Shown here: positions 52,901 through 64,000 of the stretch, piece after piece
How positions within the stretch are numbered: the first letter of the stretch is position 1
Layout of the letters: every line of letters begins with the position of its first letter
NCBI RefSeq assembly: GCF_033153115.1
Contig: NW_026889753.1
Location: forward strand, 806,001 to 870,000
From: Saccostrea echinata
Lineage: Eukaryota
Length of the DNA stretch: 64,000 nucleotides
Reading direction: 5' to 3'
Made by a program: the position numbers and the translations under genes
The notes under the pieces: model-generated
Databases searched by the model: none
The model's input: the letters and a program-made list of their open reading frames with translations, nothing else
What the model was told of the DNA's origin: nothing

Positions 52901-54630
52901 CAGGTATCACAGGTGAGGAACTGACCAGGGAGGATTTCAAAACCTACTTCAATGATTACACCCCTGTGGCCTGGGTAGACTTTGAGAAAGGTGACAACCA
53001 GGTAAAATTCATTGTATTCTATAAGAGAATGTCTAATGAGTAGAAGAGTATCAGAAGTATGAACAGTGTAGGGTGTTTACCTATTAACAATATAGTGTAC
53101 ATCAAGTTTAGTCATATATTAGTCTTCTTATTTTCACAGAAAACAGAATTTTCATTTCAGCTAAATGTAAAACTTGATGTTTTGATGTCTAAAGTTAAGG
53201 GATGAGCATTTGAAAAATAAATTGGTTACTAACAAGCACATATTATGGTAGTTTTTTCACCCTTTTCATTATCAATATTCACATGCTTGTATGCAGCACT
53301 ATGCATCATAAAACTTTTTCCATAATTAAACTTCCTTGCATTAATTTTTAGGCCTGGGTCAGATTTACTGAAGCCAACACAGCAAAATCAACACTAGAGA
53401 AAGCAATGGCAGACCATGATGGAAAACTTGAGATTTCAAATCTTGTTTTAGAAGGAAGAATTCTGGAAGGTACTGTTCTGTTACTACAGCTTATAGAATA
53501 ACCAACATTAATGTTTGGTATGAATAATTATACTCAGTGTCAAGTAATATGCTCAGTGATTATAGATGTATTACTTTTATGCCCTTTAATATTTTAGCAG
53601 AGATCATGAATAAGCAAACAACCTACAAAAATATGTGAAAATTAAGATAATTTTAAGAAAATCAGGAAAATAGGAAATAAGTTTTGTACTGCGGATTTTG
53701 GGCAAGATCTTCAAGTTTACCAGACAAAAAGTGCATTGTAAAATAGTTTAAGTTCCCCACAGAAAAATTTCATGCAAAAAAATGACAATTTTAGGAGATG
53801 AAGAAATGGATCACTGGAGGAAAATTTTTAAAGAAAGAGCAGATAGTATCAATCGCTTTAAGGCATACAGAAAAAGAAGACATGGGAAAGGTCACGGAGG
53901 ACCCAGGGTAAGTATCCCAATCAGGTGTCTGTTCTTAGAAAATGATAAAATACCAATGGAAGAAGTGTTTAGAATTGCTTGGCACTAGATCATATGTTTC
54001 TTTGTGATATATTGAATTATTAGAGAGGTTAAGCAGATGACCATGTACGTCTACGTGTACGTGTAGCTAGAGAAATCCCCGATTTATGTCATCAGTTTTG
54101 CATACCGCGTAATTCTACAAGTTGTACACAACGATTAGATTCATAAGTACATGGAGGTAAGAATGTGTAGCTTCTTAAACTCAAATTATAGAATATATAT
54201 ATTTCAGGCGGTGTTTGTTGTGATGTTGAGAGTTTATTACGTACATTTATGTATCTCCTTTAATCAAAGTCATAGAATTATTTGATACAAAAGGATTGTA
54301 AATTGACTTGTTGAAATGATGTTTTACGTGTACCGGTACACGTACAGTTTGTTAAACAGAACGTGATTTTAGTTATGCAAAAACACTTCTAGGTTTACAC
54401 GTACATGTAGACGTACACGGTCAAATGCTTAACCTCTCTATTATCAGAAAGTGAAAAAAATTATGCAATTGTAAAATTAGAGGAAATGGTTGATAAAAGC
54501 ATCTTTGATAATGCACAAATTACACTGTATTTTTGTCTAACAGGACAAGAAGAAGAAAAATGAGGATGGAGATGGGGGTGGTGACGAGGAGGACAGTGAC
54601 GGAGGAGAAGAGGATGATGCAGGGGATTGA
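43923..54630 (+). CDS. SSB: La protein (lupus La / SSB; La motif + RRM1 + RRM2), ~407 aa, 12 coding exons
   Basis: Exons 43923-44090, 48189-48258, 48584-48690, 49037-49138, 50077-50184, 50911-51011, 51242-51313, 51541-51574, 52858-53001, 53352-53469, 53795-53907, 54544-54630. La motif LEKKIIKQIE|YYFGDINLPRDKFLQ...GWVSLATMTKFNRL; RRM1 RSAYV|KGFP...FK|GSVFITF; RRM2 REDFK...VAWVDFEKG; basic then acidic tail. Confidence 0.95.
45038..47398. mobile_element. Possible old TIR element in La intron 2
   Basis: Imperfect inverted termini AGTGCACTT..TTGGA..GCCACC / GGTGGC..TCCAA..AAGTGCACT and subterminal AAATTTCCG.AATTTA copies. Confidence 0.4.
48259..48583 (+). other. U12-type (minor spliceosome) GT-AG intron in La/SSB
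   Basis: 5' site GTATCCTTT; branch site TTCCTTTAC at 48566-48574 with the branch A 10 nt from the 3' end; no polypyrimidine tract; removal restores the GW|V La-motif codon. Confidence 0.9.
49189..49923. mobile_element. Hairpin-headed Crypton-like element in a La intron
   Basis: TTAAGAAATAAAGTC ~170-bp palindrome ... GACTTTTATTTC, inverted repeat TTCTAC..ACAG / CTGTGGTAGAA, TTAA. Confidence 0.68.
50312..50882 (+). mobile_element. Degenerate HINE-like element with ~170-bp internal repeats
   Basis: Three diverged units (TCTCTTATC..CAACTCCT; GTGCCATTGTG); boundaries approximate. Confidence 0.45.
52564..52732. mobile_element. Tc1/mariner-type MITE (same family as 29850)
   Basis: CAGTTGAACT..GGTATCT.GAACACGGATATCT.GAATACCATGGATATGTCGAAG ... 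TTTGACTG|TA. Confidence 0.8.
54022..54439. mobile_element. MITE with ~40-bp TIRs (PIF/Harbinger-related?)
   Basis: ATT|AGAGAGGTTAAGCA..TGACC.TGTACGTCTAC ... GTAGACGTACACGGTCA..TGCTTAACCTCTCT|ATT. Confidence 0.85.
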
Positions 54631-54631
54631 G

Positions 54632-55060
54632 GTACGTCTAATCATCCACAACAAAATCTCTTAAACATTTCAAAACTACTTTTGTAGCTACATTCAAAAA
54701 AATACTGTAAAATGCTCATGTAATAGAATGTTCACATCCTGTACGTGTTCTTATTTTAGCATATTTGAATTTAAAATTGGCACAGAGGCAAGTCATAGAC
54801 AGACTTTTATATTTATGAGAAGTTTATAAATTTTTGCTTGTAACAAATGAGACACAGGCACCAAAATATAAATACAGCTTAAATAAAAAACAATACATGC
54901 AGTAGTGAACTGTTTTATCTATCAAATCAATTTACATGTGTTTCTCCATGTTAAAGTAAGATTTTAATTGGTGTTCATCAATATGCATTCAGATAAGTGG
55001 TAAGATTTATTAAGATAGTGACGATCTGGGATATCTAAATACTGTTTCTCAATTTTTCAG
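54632..55060 (+). other. Probable 3' UTR intron of La/SSB
   Basis: TGA G|GTACGT donor 1 nt after the stop; strong acceptor TTTCTCAATTTTTCAG ending 55060. Confidence 0.55.
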
Positions 55061-56102
55061 AGCAGGGGTGCTGAAATAGGACTTGACTATTTGAACTGCA
55101 GACTTTTAAACACATTTTACAGAAGTAAAAAGTGAGCAGATTGGAACAACAGGACACATGTTGTGTTCTAGTGTAGATGTACATCATAAGAAAACAGTGA
55201 TTTTATTTATGGCTCCTGATGTTGGCCATGTTTAGAGTGTTGTACAGAAACATTTTGTGTCAATTTTTAGTTTTCATCATCGAGAACAAATACATTTACC
55301 TATAAGGCGAATCAGTGTTTGTTTTCTTACTACAGCAATCATGTTTTTAAGACCAGAAAATCTTATGCGATGGTAAGGTGTCTGTTGTCAGTTATTTTGT
55401 CTGTAAACAAATTTTTAGAAAGCTACCCCGCCATCAGTTCTAGTCTTACTGCAAGAAAACTTGGTAAGCGACTGAAGTCCACAAGATACATAATTCTTTT
55501 TTATTGGGTTTCAATTTCCTTGAACAATGTTATTGTGCTTACTTAAATTAAAAATTCAATGAAATTCGTTCAAAGGCTACTCCTGCTACAGTTATAAAAT
55601 CAAAAGTGATACTTCTGCCAAAGAAAATATAAAGACTCTAAAATCCAGTAAAAAAAATGGTTCAAGGGCTACAAAACTTTGACTTTTTTATTTGTTTTTG
55701 GTCTTCTCACATAAGCTCCTCTTGTCTTTGACCATTTCAGATAACTATACCAAGCAATGATTCAATTCACAGAGTGAATCTTGCATCCCATCTTTACAGT
55801 AGGGGTTTCAAGGGTATAGGGCTAAGTTAGGAAAAGTATTTTATATGTAAACTTGTTTGTGCTGGATATTTAGAAATATATTTACTTATTTCACTAATCA
55901 CCGAGATCTCTACCAATCATGTAAAAGCCATTTTTCACAAGTTCAGGTTACCAGGTGGACTAAATTGCTCATATGAAAATACATTAAACTTGACCTATAT
56001 TTACTCCAAGATTTACAGGAGACAAACCGCTTTACTTTACTCAGCGGTGAGCCGTATTATAAGGTATCAGTAATGAAATCCATGTATGATGGTTTAGTTC
56101 CT

Positions 56103-56446
56103 GGCCCTATAGATAGTTTTCAGTAGGCCCAAATTAGCAAGTTATTTCCCGTTGGCCGCCATATTGGAGGTCAACATGCTCATATTCCTTCATTATTCAA
56201 CCAACTTTAACTTTTTATACTGGCCATTGTGGGGTAAGAAGCATTGTTTTTCTGAAAAATATACATTTGTTAAAGCCTCCTTTATTTCATAATTTTTATT
56301 CTATAAAGATTTTCCCCCTAATATTTCTGCTACATCCTCTTAGATTTGGTAAGACAAAGAGGAAAAATTACCAGGTTGACCACCAAGATGGCGGCCAAGG
56401 GAAATAACTCAGAAAATACGTCATGAAAACTATCTATAGGTGGGCC
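56103..56446. mobile_element. MITE
   Basis: Inverted termini CCTATAGATAGTTTTCA / TGAAAACTATCTATAGG and TTATTTCCC.TTGGCCGCCAT / ATGGCGGCCAAGGGAAATAA. Confidence 0.75.
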
Positions 56447-56467
56447 AAGTTTGAAATGCATTGAATG

Positions 56468-56633
56468 CAGGGCTGTCCCTAAGACCCAGGGGCCAGGGAA
56501 TTTCCCCACCTATAATGACATGATCCCCTGGTTATTCTGGTATTCCCCCTCAACCCCCTGTTAGGGAAGGATCCCCAGACCCCAGTCTCCTTTTATAATG
56601 TCCCCTGTATTTCCATTCTTAGGGACAATCCTG
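56468..56633. mobile_element. Short CAGG-terminus MITE
   Basis: CAGGGCTGTCCCTAAGA ... TCTTAGGGACAATCCTG; flanks CATTGAATG / CATTGAATC. Confidence 0.7.
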
Positions 56634-57613
56634 CATTGAATCATATATGAAGCTACTTTAAAAATTCGAATTCATTTTTGTGATCTAGGTTAAGGCAGAG
56701 TTGATCATGTTTTCAAACCTGTCTTAACTCCTGGTCATATAGCAGACAAAAAACATGTTCTGTACCAAATCAAGTTAACCAGCAAACACACAAGGCAAAC
56801 TACTACTCACTAGAATACTTCAAACATTTTGAATTTCCATAAAAAATATTTACATGTAATTATTGTGCCGGTGTATTGTCTTTCTCAAATGAGGACAGTG
56901 TATGGGTTTTGCAGTGGTATTTAACATCCACCTCATTTCTGTATGATTAACTTGGTTTTGTACATTTTGTTTTGATCATTTCATTACCTGTTAAAAACTT
57001 TTTTTTTCCTAGTAAGATCATAATATTGATATGTTATACAGTGTACAAATGTATTTCAAAGATCAATGTCGGTGGGCAATGAGAGATTGAAAATGTGTAT
57101 AGGCTGTAACATGGACCATCAACTTTACAGCGTAGTAGTCCTTTACTGGTGAAATTGACGGATAGCTGTCAGTCAGTCTATCTTACTTGGTTTTCCTGAA
57201 TTTTTATATAGATACATGCATGTACATGTATTTAGCTGATATTTGGTATGGGTTCATCTTGGTGAGTTACAGATCATGTTTGCATTTCATTCTGTTTCAA
57301 TGACTTTTGACAGAATAATGGCACATACTGTGAGGGACTCGGTATTGCTCTCAGAATGCTTGCTTAATATGTTAATTTTGTAATTTTTCATTAAAATATA
57401 TTCAATCTCTTGTGTGTTTTTCACTGTTGAAACCTTTGATTCAAGAATATGTCATCAAGGTCATATAATGACGGTCAAGGAAATTGTTTAGGGAGGGAGA
57501 AATCCTTTATTTTTGGTCGAAAAAATGTGTTAAGATTTTTTGTTTTGAGTAAATTTTATGAGTGTAAACATTTTAGTAAAGTTCCTTTATTTGTACAATC
57601 AACATTTAATTAA

Positions 57614-58001
57614 GGACCCTCTCTACACTTGAGCAAAATGTTTTTTAGAGAATGAGAAAATTATATTGTACAAAAGTGTAGATATTGGCCATATCTATCT
57701 CGTTTTTAACATAGGATACCTTGCATTTCCCCCAGGAAAAAAAATGTTTAAAGATTATGAAATATTGATGAACAGAAATCACTATTGTTCACTTATGTGA
57801 GGAAAATTCATGCCAATATAGTGTTCAATTAATTTATCTTGGCCTATTAAAATGATAAGAATGCTTGAATTGATTACAAATTGAGTAAAATCACGGTTGA
57901 TTTCAATTTCTTTTATTTTAGTTCTAGGGGCAGATTACTCTTAACTGCATAAAAATGCCACAGAATCGGAACTTTTTAGTGTGCAGTGTAGAGAGGGTTC
58001 T
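57614..58001. mobile_element. MITE, probably TTAA-specific
   Basis: TTAA|GGACCCTCTCTACACT ... AGTGTAGAGAGGGTTC. Confidence 0.7.
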
Positions 58002-58798
58002 TTATATAAGATAATAACAGCAATAGGTCTTTAAAGCAATTAGACCAATATTTGCTCCAAAATTTATATTGTGTAATGGATTTAACTTTGAGCATTATCT
58101 CTATATATTTCACCAATTAAAAACAGTAGGATATAATAGTCATGCATTGAGTTAAAGACACATAAAACAATTCAATTTATTCTCACATTGTGTAAAACAA
58201 CGTAGAGAAAATACAAAAAATGACATCAAGGAAAATACATGTGCATGATGCAAGAGTGTACAGTTTACATTAACCTGGAAGGGTAACTCTCTTATTAACT
58301 ATACAGTGTATTGATGAATTTACATAAGATTATTGATGATGGATATACCTATATATAAATTTGAAAAATTAAAAAACACTTGGTCATTTTTCATTTTCCA
58401 CATTTTGCGTCATCCAGACATTTTTTAAACCACATTTTTGTAAAATATTCCGCTACAATCCATTTGAAATTAAAATCAATATTGTTGTACAGTGAGCTAT
58501 ATGAAAAAAAAAACAAACAAAATATGAGACAACTTTGTCTCTTTACATTTCAGCAGTTTTACTACTAATTTATAACTGTCCAGTAGATTGCAGTTTTCCC
58601 TTAGCTTAAATATTTCCAGAGTACTGAAGAGTTAATAGCAACGTTCAGAGAAGAGCCATTTTATCATTAAATTATATCTTTTACACACTCTCTAGATCGT
58701 CCAAACATCACCTTGCCTCAATCCACTTATAACATCAATAATGTTATAATTTTTCAGACAGGTTGTTTAGTCCAATAACATCTTGTATTATAAAAAAT

Positions 58799-59075
58799 CT
58801 TCAGTCATTAAGATACAGTGCGAAAAGAAGAGGAGACAAAATTTCTCCCTGACGAACTCCATTTCGGCAGAAAATACATGTATATTCAGAAAAATCATTA
58901 TTTATAAAATATTGTAGATCTACAATCATTATAAATATTAACAATAACTTGAAGGCATTTTCCTGTAACATGATATTCAACATTTTTTTCCCCACAACCT
59001 ACTCGCCATACTTTATCAAATGCAGCCTTAAAATCCATGAAGGCACAATATAATTTCTTTACAGACAACATATAT
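58799..59075 (-). pseudogene. Degenerate LINE reverse-transcriptase fragment
   Basis: KKLYCAFMDFKAAFD and CRNGVRQGEILSPLLFALYLND motifs with frameshifts. Confidence 0.8.
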
Positions 59076-59077
59076 CT

Positions 59078-59256
59078 ACGGTAAAACAGGCTTATAAAGA
59101 AAGCGTCTATAACGAATTGATGCTTACAGCTAAGTGATTTTCATTCCCCATGACCTTTTATATATAAATATATTGATATAATGAATTACACATGTACGCT
59201 TATAGTGAAGCAAAATCATCTGTCCCTGGTACTTCGTTATAAGCGTGTTTTACTGT
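59078..59256. mobile_element. Tc1/pogo-type MITE (partial relative at ~31922-32050)
   Basis: TA|CGGTAAAACAGGCTTATAA ... TTATAAGCGTGTTTTACTG|TA. Confidence 0.78.
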
Positions 59257-59626
59257 ACTTGCATACACCAAGTAAAATTCAGTACAGCATATACATTTAC
59301 ATACATACACATCAAGTAAGAGTTAAGTAGTATACAGCATGCATATTTACATACATATTCATTAAGTAAAAGGTACAACATTAGTGTCACTGGCAAAGTA
59401 ACAAATAATATGTTGAAATGGCGCAGTCATTCCTTCTCCTTTAATTAAATAACACCCCTACATTCATGACCTTTAAGTTTATTGGGTAGGATAAGGTTAT
59501 TGTAATTAGAAAAAATACGATGTCAATTTGAGTGATACTTCAAGGATTCGGTTTACATATTCTGATTCATATATTTTTTCATTTTATCAAAATACTTCAA
59601 TAATTGCAAATTGCACATTTTAATTA

Positions 59627-60240
59627 AGCTCACTGAGCCGAAGACTCAAGTGAACTTTTTTTTTATTAGACTTTGTCCGTTGTTGTTGTCATCGTTGTCG
59701 TAAACTTTTTACAATTTCCTTTTCTTCTCCAGAACCACTGGTCCAGTTTCAACCAAACTTGGCACAGAGTATTCTTGGGTAAAGGGGATTTAAGATTGTT
59801 CAAATGAAGGGCCACACCCTCTTCCAAGGGGAGAAAGATAAGATGGGGTAATTTAAAAATCTCAAAAACCACCGGGCCAGAAAAGATGAAACTTAACTGA
59901 AAGCTTCTTGGCATAGTGTAGATTTTTGTTTGAATCATGACCCCAGGGTAGGGTGGGACCACGAAGGGCAATCAAAGTTTTACATAGGAAAACAGGAAAA
60001 ATCTAAAAAAAAAAAAAATTTCAAGAACAGCAAAGCCATGAACAGTCATATTTATATGGAAGCATCATCAAGTAGTTTGGATTCAATTTTTTTCAAATCA
60101 TGACTCCCGGGGGTAGAGTAGGGCTACAATGGTCAATCAAATTTCATAGGAATATATAGAGGAAAAAATCTACTGATGAAGAACAAGAAGTTCGTAGTTA
60201 CTCATGATCAGATGAGCATTGTGGACCATGGGCCTCTTGT
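59627..60240 (+). mobile_element. HINE with Cg170-like monomers
   Basis: Same 5' (AGCTCAC.TGAGC.GAAG.CTCAAGTGA, GTC/GTT microsatellite) and 3' (GAGCATTGTGG.CCATGGGCCTCTTGT) ends as 13461-14249. Confidence 0.85.
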
Positions 60241-60320
60241 CCTTAAGCATTGTTAGTTTCAATTTATATCTTCAAATCTTAAAAAAAACACTTTCTTTGC
60301 AATGAACGTAATGAGGAATG

Positions 60321-63278
60321 TTATATGTGCTTTTGAGAAAAGTTTAAAGTTTCATACTGATGGGAATCGTCTCTTATTCCTGGCACTGTAACATCTTCAT
60401 CACTGCCTGGCTTGTGCGATTTCTCAAGGCATTTGGGTGATCTTCGTCTGTTTTATAAAAATAAACAAATTATATAAAATGAACTGAAATAAAGTGTAAC
60501 TGGTTGTTCAGTAAGGTTAGGATTGTTATGTGTATCACCTGGAGCAAATGGCCGTGATAACTATGACCACTAGTGCTATAACTGATGTAGGAACACCAAC
60601 CATCACAGCCAGTGGAACAGTGTCCGAATCCCTATGCCGCTCTACTCCTGTATAACACACAAATAATTAAAATAAAAACTAGGATGAATTGATCCATAAC
60701 TATGATGTCGGACATATTTGACAACAATTGATTAAAAATTGGTATCAGACTATCTGTATTGCTAATAAGTAGCACATCTCTTCTTTTAAAAAATCTTAAT
60801 GTAGATATTGTCTTCTTTGATTGATAGCATATAATTGGTGATGTTCGGATCTAGCTTCCCCTACCAACGATTTTTTAAATGACCAAGAGTTGAGATTATC
60901 TAATGCAATTTAGCTCAGATACACCATATATAGCTTGAAATATGAAATTCAACTCACAATTCAATGAATCATAAAGCAATGGTTTTCAAATTACTTTTTA
61001 GTTTGTCACATTTCTTCCCAATGTATCCCTCCGCACAAATTCTACACGAACCATCTACTGGGTCGCATGTTTTGTTTCTGTAGCAATGTCCGCTGCAGTT
61101 GTGTAAGCAATCTTTTCCATAAAACCCAGAAGAACAAACTAGATCGAAGAAAAAATATTATTTATATTTTATTGAACTTATGCGTAAAAGTAATTAATTT
61201 TGTAATTATATGTACAGGTTGCTTTCAAGCACGAAAATATATTGCACAGTCAATCAGTCTAGTTCTAAGCACATTTTCAAAAAAAAAAAAATCACTTTTA
61301 TCACAATTTTGTTAAAACGGGCAATATGAAGTAGGTGCATCATTTTTATTGGATTATAGTACTGGTTTAATTTCTTCCTCTAACCCCCCCCAAAAAAAAA
61401 TCATTCTTATGGCATCTAGATCTAATATGGTCTCAATTTTGACGAATAATAACCGAAATGACCCCGACGGTGTATAGTATTGGCATTGAAAGCATAGTGA
61501 GCGATTAACTTTTTAAAAAATTGCAACTTTTCTGAAATTTACCCATATTTCTTTGGGATTGCAATGGCAGCCATTCTGGAAATTTAAAATCTAGAAAATT
61601 TGGGAGATATTTGCACATTAATTTTATGCACTTTGATACCCCTTTAGAGGAAAATATCTAAATAAGTTTCCCTGGTAAGTAAAAAAGTTTGTTTAACCAA
61701 TTCCATTTTTTGGCAGTTTGACTTATCGCAAGAAATTTAATGTTTCAAAAGAATTGGCTGGGCAGAAAATGAGATTAAAAAAAAAAGAACAAACGCAGAG
61801 GACCAAAATCTACAAAGCAGTTTATTTCATCTTTTACATTGCTTCGAAGAAAAAGAATTCAATTATGTAATTTTTATAAAAACAAATAATTGGTATATTT
61901 AGAGTTGTCAAGCAATAGACGAAGTTGATAAAAAGACTTTGAAAAGAACTTCTAGAGTATGTGATATACTCTATACTCGTAAACCAAGACTCTCTTGTAC
62001 GACTGACCTTTACAGTCTAGTCTTAGCGAATACGAGGAAAATGTATACGTTTGTCACCGTAAAAGCAAAGACAACATGGGACAAAGATATGGAAAAACAG
62101 TTGCAGCGGTCAACATCGTACTTAATAAATCTCAAAAGAAAGAAGCCGCGAAGCAAAGATGGTTTATAGCGTACTTCACACTGACTTTAGAGTAACATCA
62201 GGATCTATCAACCAACATTACTCTCTTGGGCGTATGTCAGAACTTAGCGATCTAGTTTTAGCGATGACGAGGAAATTGTAGAAGTTTGTAGCTGTAAAAG
62301 CAAAGACAACATGGACAATGATATGGAAAAACAGTTGCGGCGGACAAATCATATTTAAAACATTGCAAAAGAAAGAAGCCGCGAAGAAAAGATGGTGTAC
62401 TACACTCTCATTCTAGAGAAACATCAACGTACTTTAAATGGCCTGGGAGGGGGGGGGGTTAAAATTGTGAGAAAATGTTAAAATATTTAAGAAAAAAACA
62501 AAAACAAAATAATAAAAAAAATATTGCATAGTTTTGAAAGTTACGTTAACTTGTCACTTCGCGATAAACCATTGTTAACCAAGCCTTAGACATAATGTCT
62601 CTGTCGAGGCGAAGTCGAGATCAACAATGAATTTTTAGAGGGTGACAATTTCACACGTTTAATTCGGGTCAGCTTACCCTGGTTACATGTTCTGTTCATC
62701 CATCCCGACTTACAACCGCTGCTACATGTGCCATCGACGGCATTACATCTACCATTCAAGCAATTCTTACTACAGGGCTTAGAGCAGTTTATCCCGTACC
62801 ATTCTGGGTCACAGGCTTTAATTAAAAATAAGATAAAATGCTTTAACGATTAACACGATTAACAGACTAATGCAGTTATTTTGAGCTCATTATTATCATA
62901 ACCATATCCCCTTTTTAAATTTTACAATGCATGTAATTGTGAGGGGGGTTTATTTATCATGTAACTTTTGAGGATATTTTTGAATTCAAAATAAACATTT
63001 TTGTTTGCCAAACTTTCTTAGAAAAACATTGTACTCAGTCAATAATTATACTTTTGTCTCTATGTGTCACAAAAAAATGAAATAGTGATTTTAATTTAGA
63101 CATTAAAAATGTCTATCATGTATCTTTTAACTTTACTTACATACATTACAAGGTTCTGTCCACCCCGGGGCACATCCATCCTCACACAGACCAGTAAATG
63201 GGTTACATGTGGAATTTCTAAAACAGTGCCCTATACAACGGTTATGGCAGCCAGGTCCGTATTTCCCAAAGGGACATG
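60321..63278 (-). CDS. MEGF10/SCARF/CED-1-like multiple-EGF single-pass membrane receptor (3' five exons; 5' end outside window)
   Basis: Minus-strand exons 63141-63278 (CPFGKYGPGCHNRCIGHC...GCAPGW), 62678-62815 (CDPEWYGINCSKPCSKNC...GCKSGW), 60995-61138 (CSSGFYGKDCLHNCSGHC...CDK), 60539-60647 (TM: LAVMVGVPTSVIALVVIVITAIC), 60321-60447 (RRRSPK...HQYETLNFSQKHI*); EGF exons are phase 1-1. Confidence 0.9.
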
Positions 63279-63753
63279 CTGCATTGTGTATACATATTGC
63301 AAAATGAAAAATAATTGTAGAGCTTACATTCATTTATTTATTTGGAATTGTTTTAAAAATTATTTAAAATCATTCCACTATTAAGAGAACAATATATTAT
63401 TTATTATTCATTTGCTGAATTCTTCAAAGCCACAGTATTTTAACTTAAGACAGAAGTCTCTGATTAGACGTAGCTCTACTGGTTTGTACTTTCAGAGACT
63501 ATAACCTGCTGATCACTCAGGTGTAAAAATCAAAATGTTGGCTACGTGGGTATATAGGATTTTTCAAAATGTTGGGTAAGTGGAAATAAACCTATGTGTC
63601 TTGAAACCAGGTTGAATTTAACTGTACATGCTGTTATACAGTAGCATTTGTTTGATTTTTTTTTATAAAATCAGAACGAACCTGTAGGAGCAATAGCGAT
63701 TTCTCTTTTAGTGACCATGGCAACACTGTTCATCGAAATCAAAAACCGATATT

Positions 63754-64000
63754 CATAATAATGATACACCAGGAATGATACTGTTACTTGATTTCGAAAA
63801 GGCATTTGACTCAGTCTCATGGAAATTTATTTTCAAAGTTTTAACCTTCTTTAATTTTGGTGAAAAATTTCAGAATGCTGTAAGAACCTTATTTAAAGAG
63901 GCAAAATTATGTGTTATTCAAAATGGCTTTTTCTCAGAATTCTTTAACATTGGCAGGGGATGCAGACAGGGTGGCCCTATTTCTCCATATCTTTTTCTTC
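63754..64000 (+). mobile_element. 5'-truncated L1/Tx1-clade LINE reverse transcriptase, runs off the window
   Basis: Open frame PGMILLLDFEKAFDSVSWKFIFKVLTFFNFGEKF...NGFFSEFFNIGRGCRQGGPISPYLFL. Confidence 0.9.

Overview
AT-rich eukaryotic genomic DNA, most likely an oyster (Ostreidae), judged from the Helentron-associated elements carrying Cg170-like satellite monomers. Three intron-containing genes could be assembled by hand from splice sites and reading-frame continuity. (1) The 3' ~35 exons (~1,500 codons) of a large WD40-repeat protein resembling WDR87 (+, <69..40555). (2) A complete La/SSB RNA-binding protein gene (+, ATG 43923, stop 54630, ~407 aa) with a U12-type minor intron. (3) The 3' part of a MEGF10/SCARF-like multiple-EGF single-pass receptor (-, >63278..60321). 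Introns are packed with non-autonomous transposons: Tc1/mariner MITEs, TTAA-specific Kolobok-like elements, hairpin-headed Crypton-like elements, HINEs and LINE fragments, including a five-level nest in the last WDR87-like intron. The most unusual signals are five independent tandem arrays seeded exactly on splice junctions of one gene, the U12 intron and a candidate structured poison exon in La, and a head-to-tail junction of a Crypton-like element. Coordinates were counted by eye; family names come from motif recognition, not database searches.
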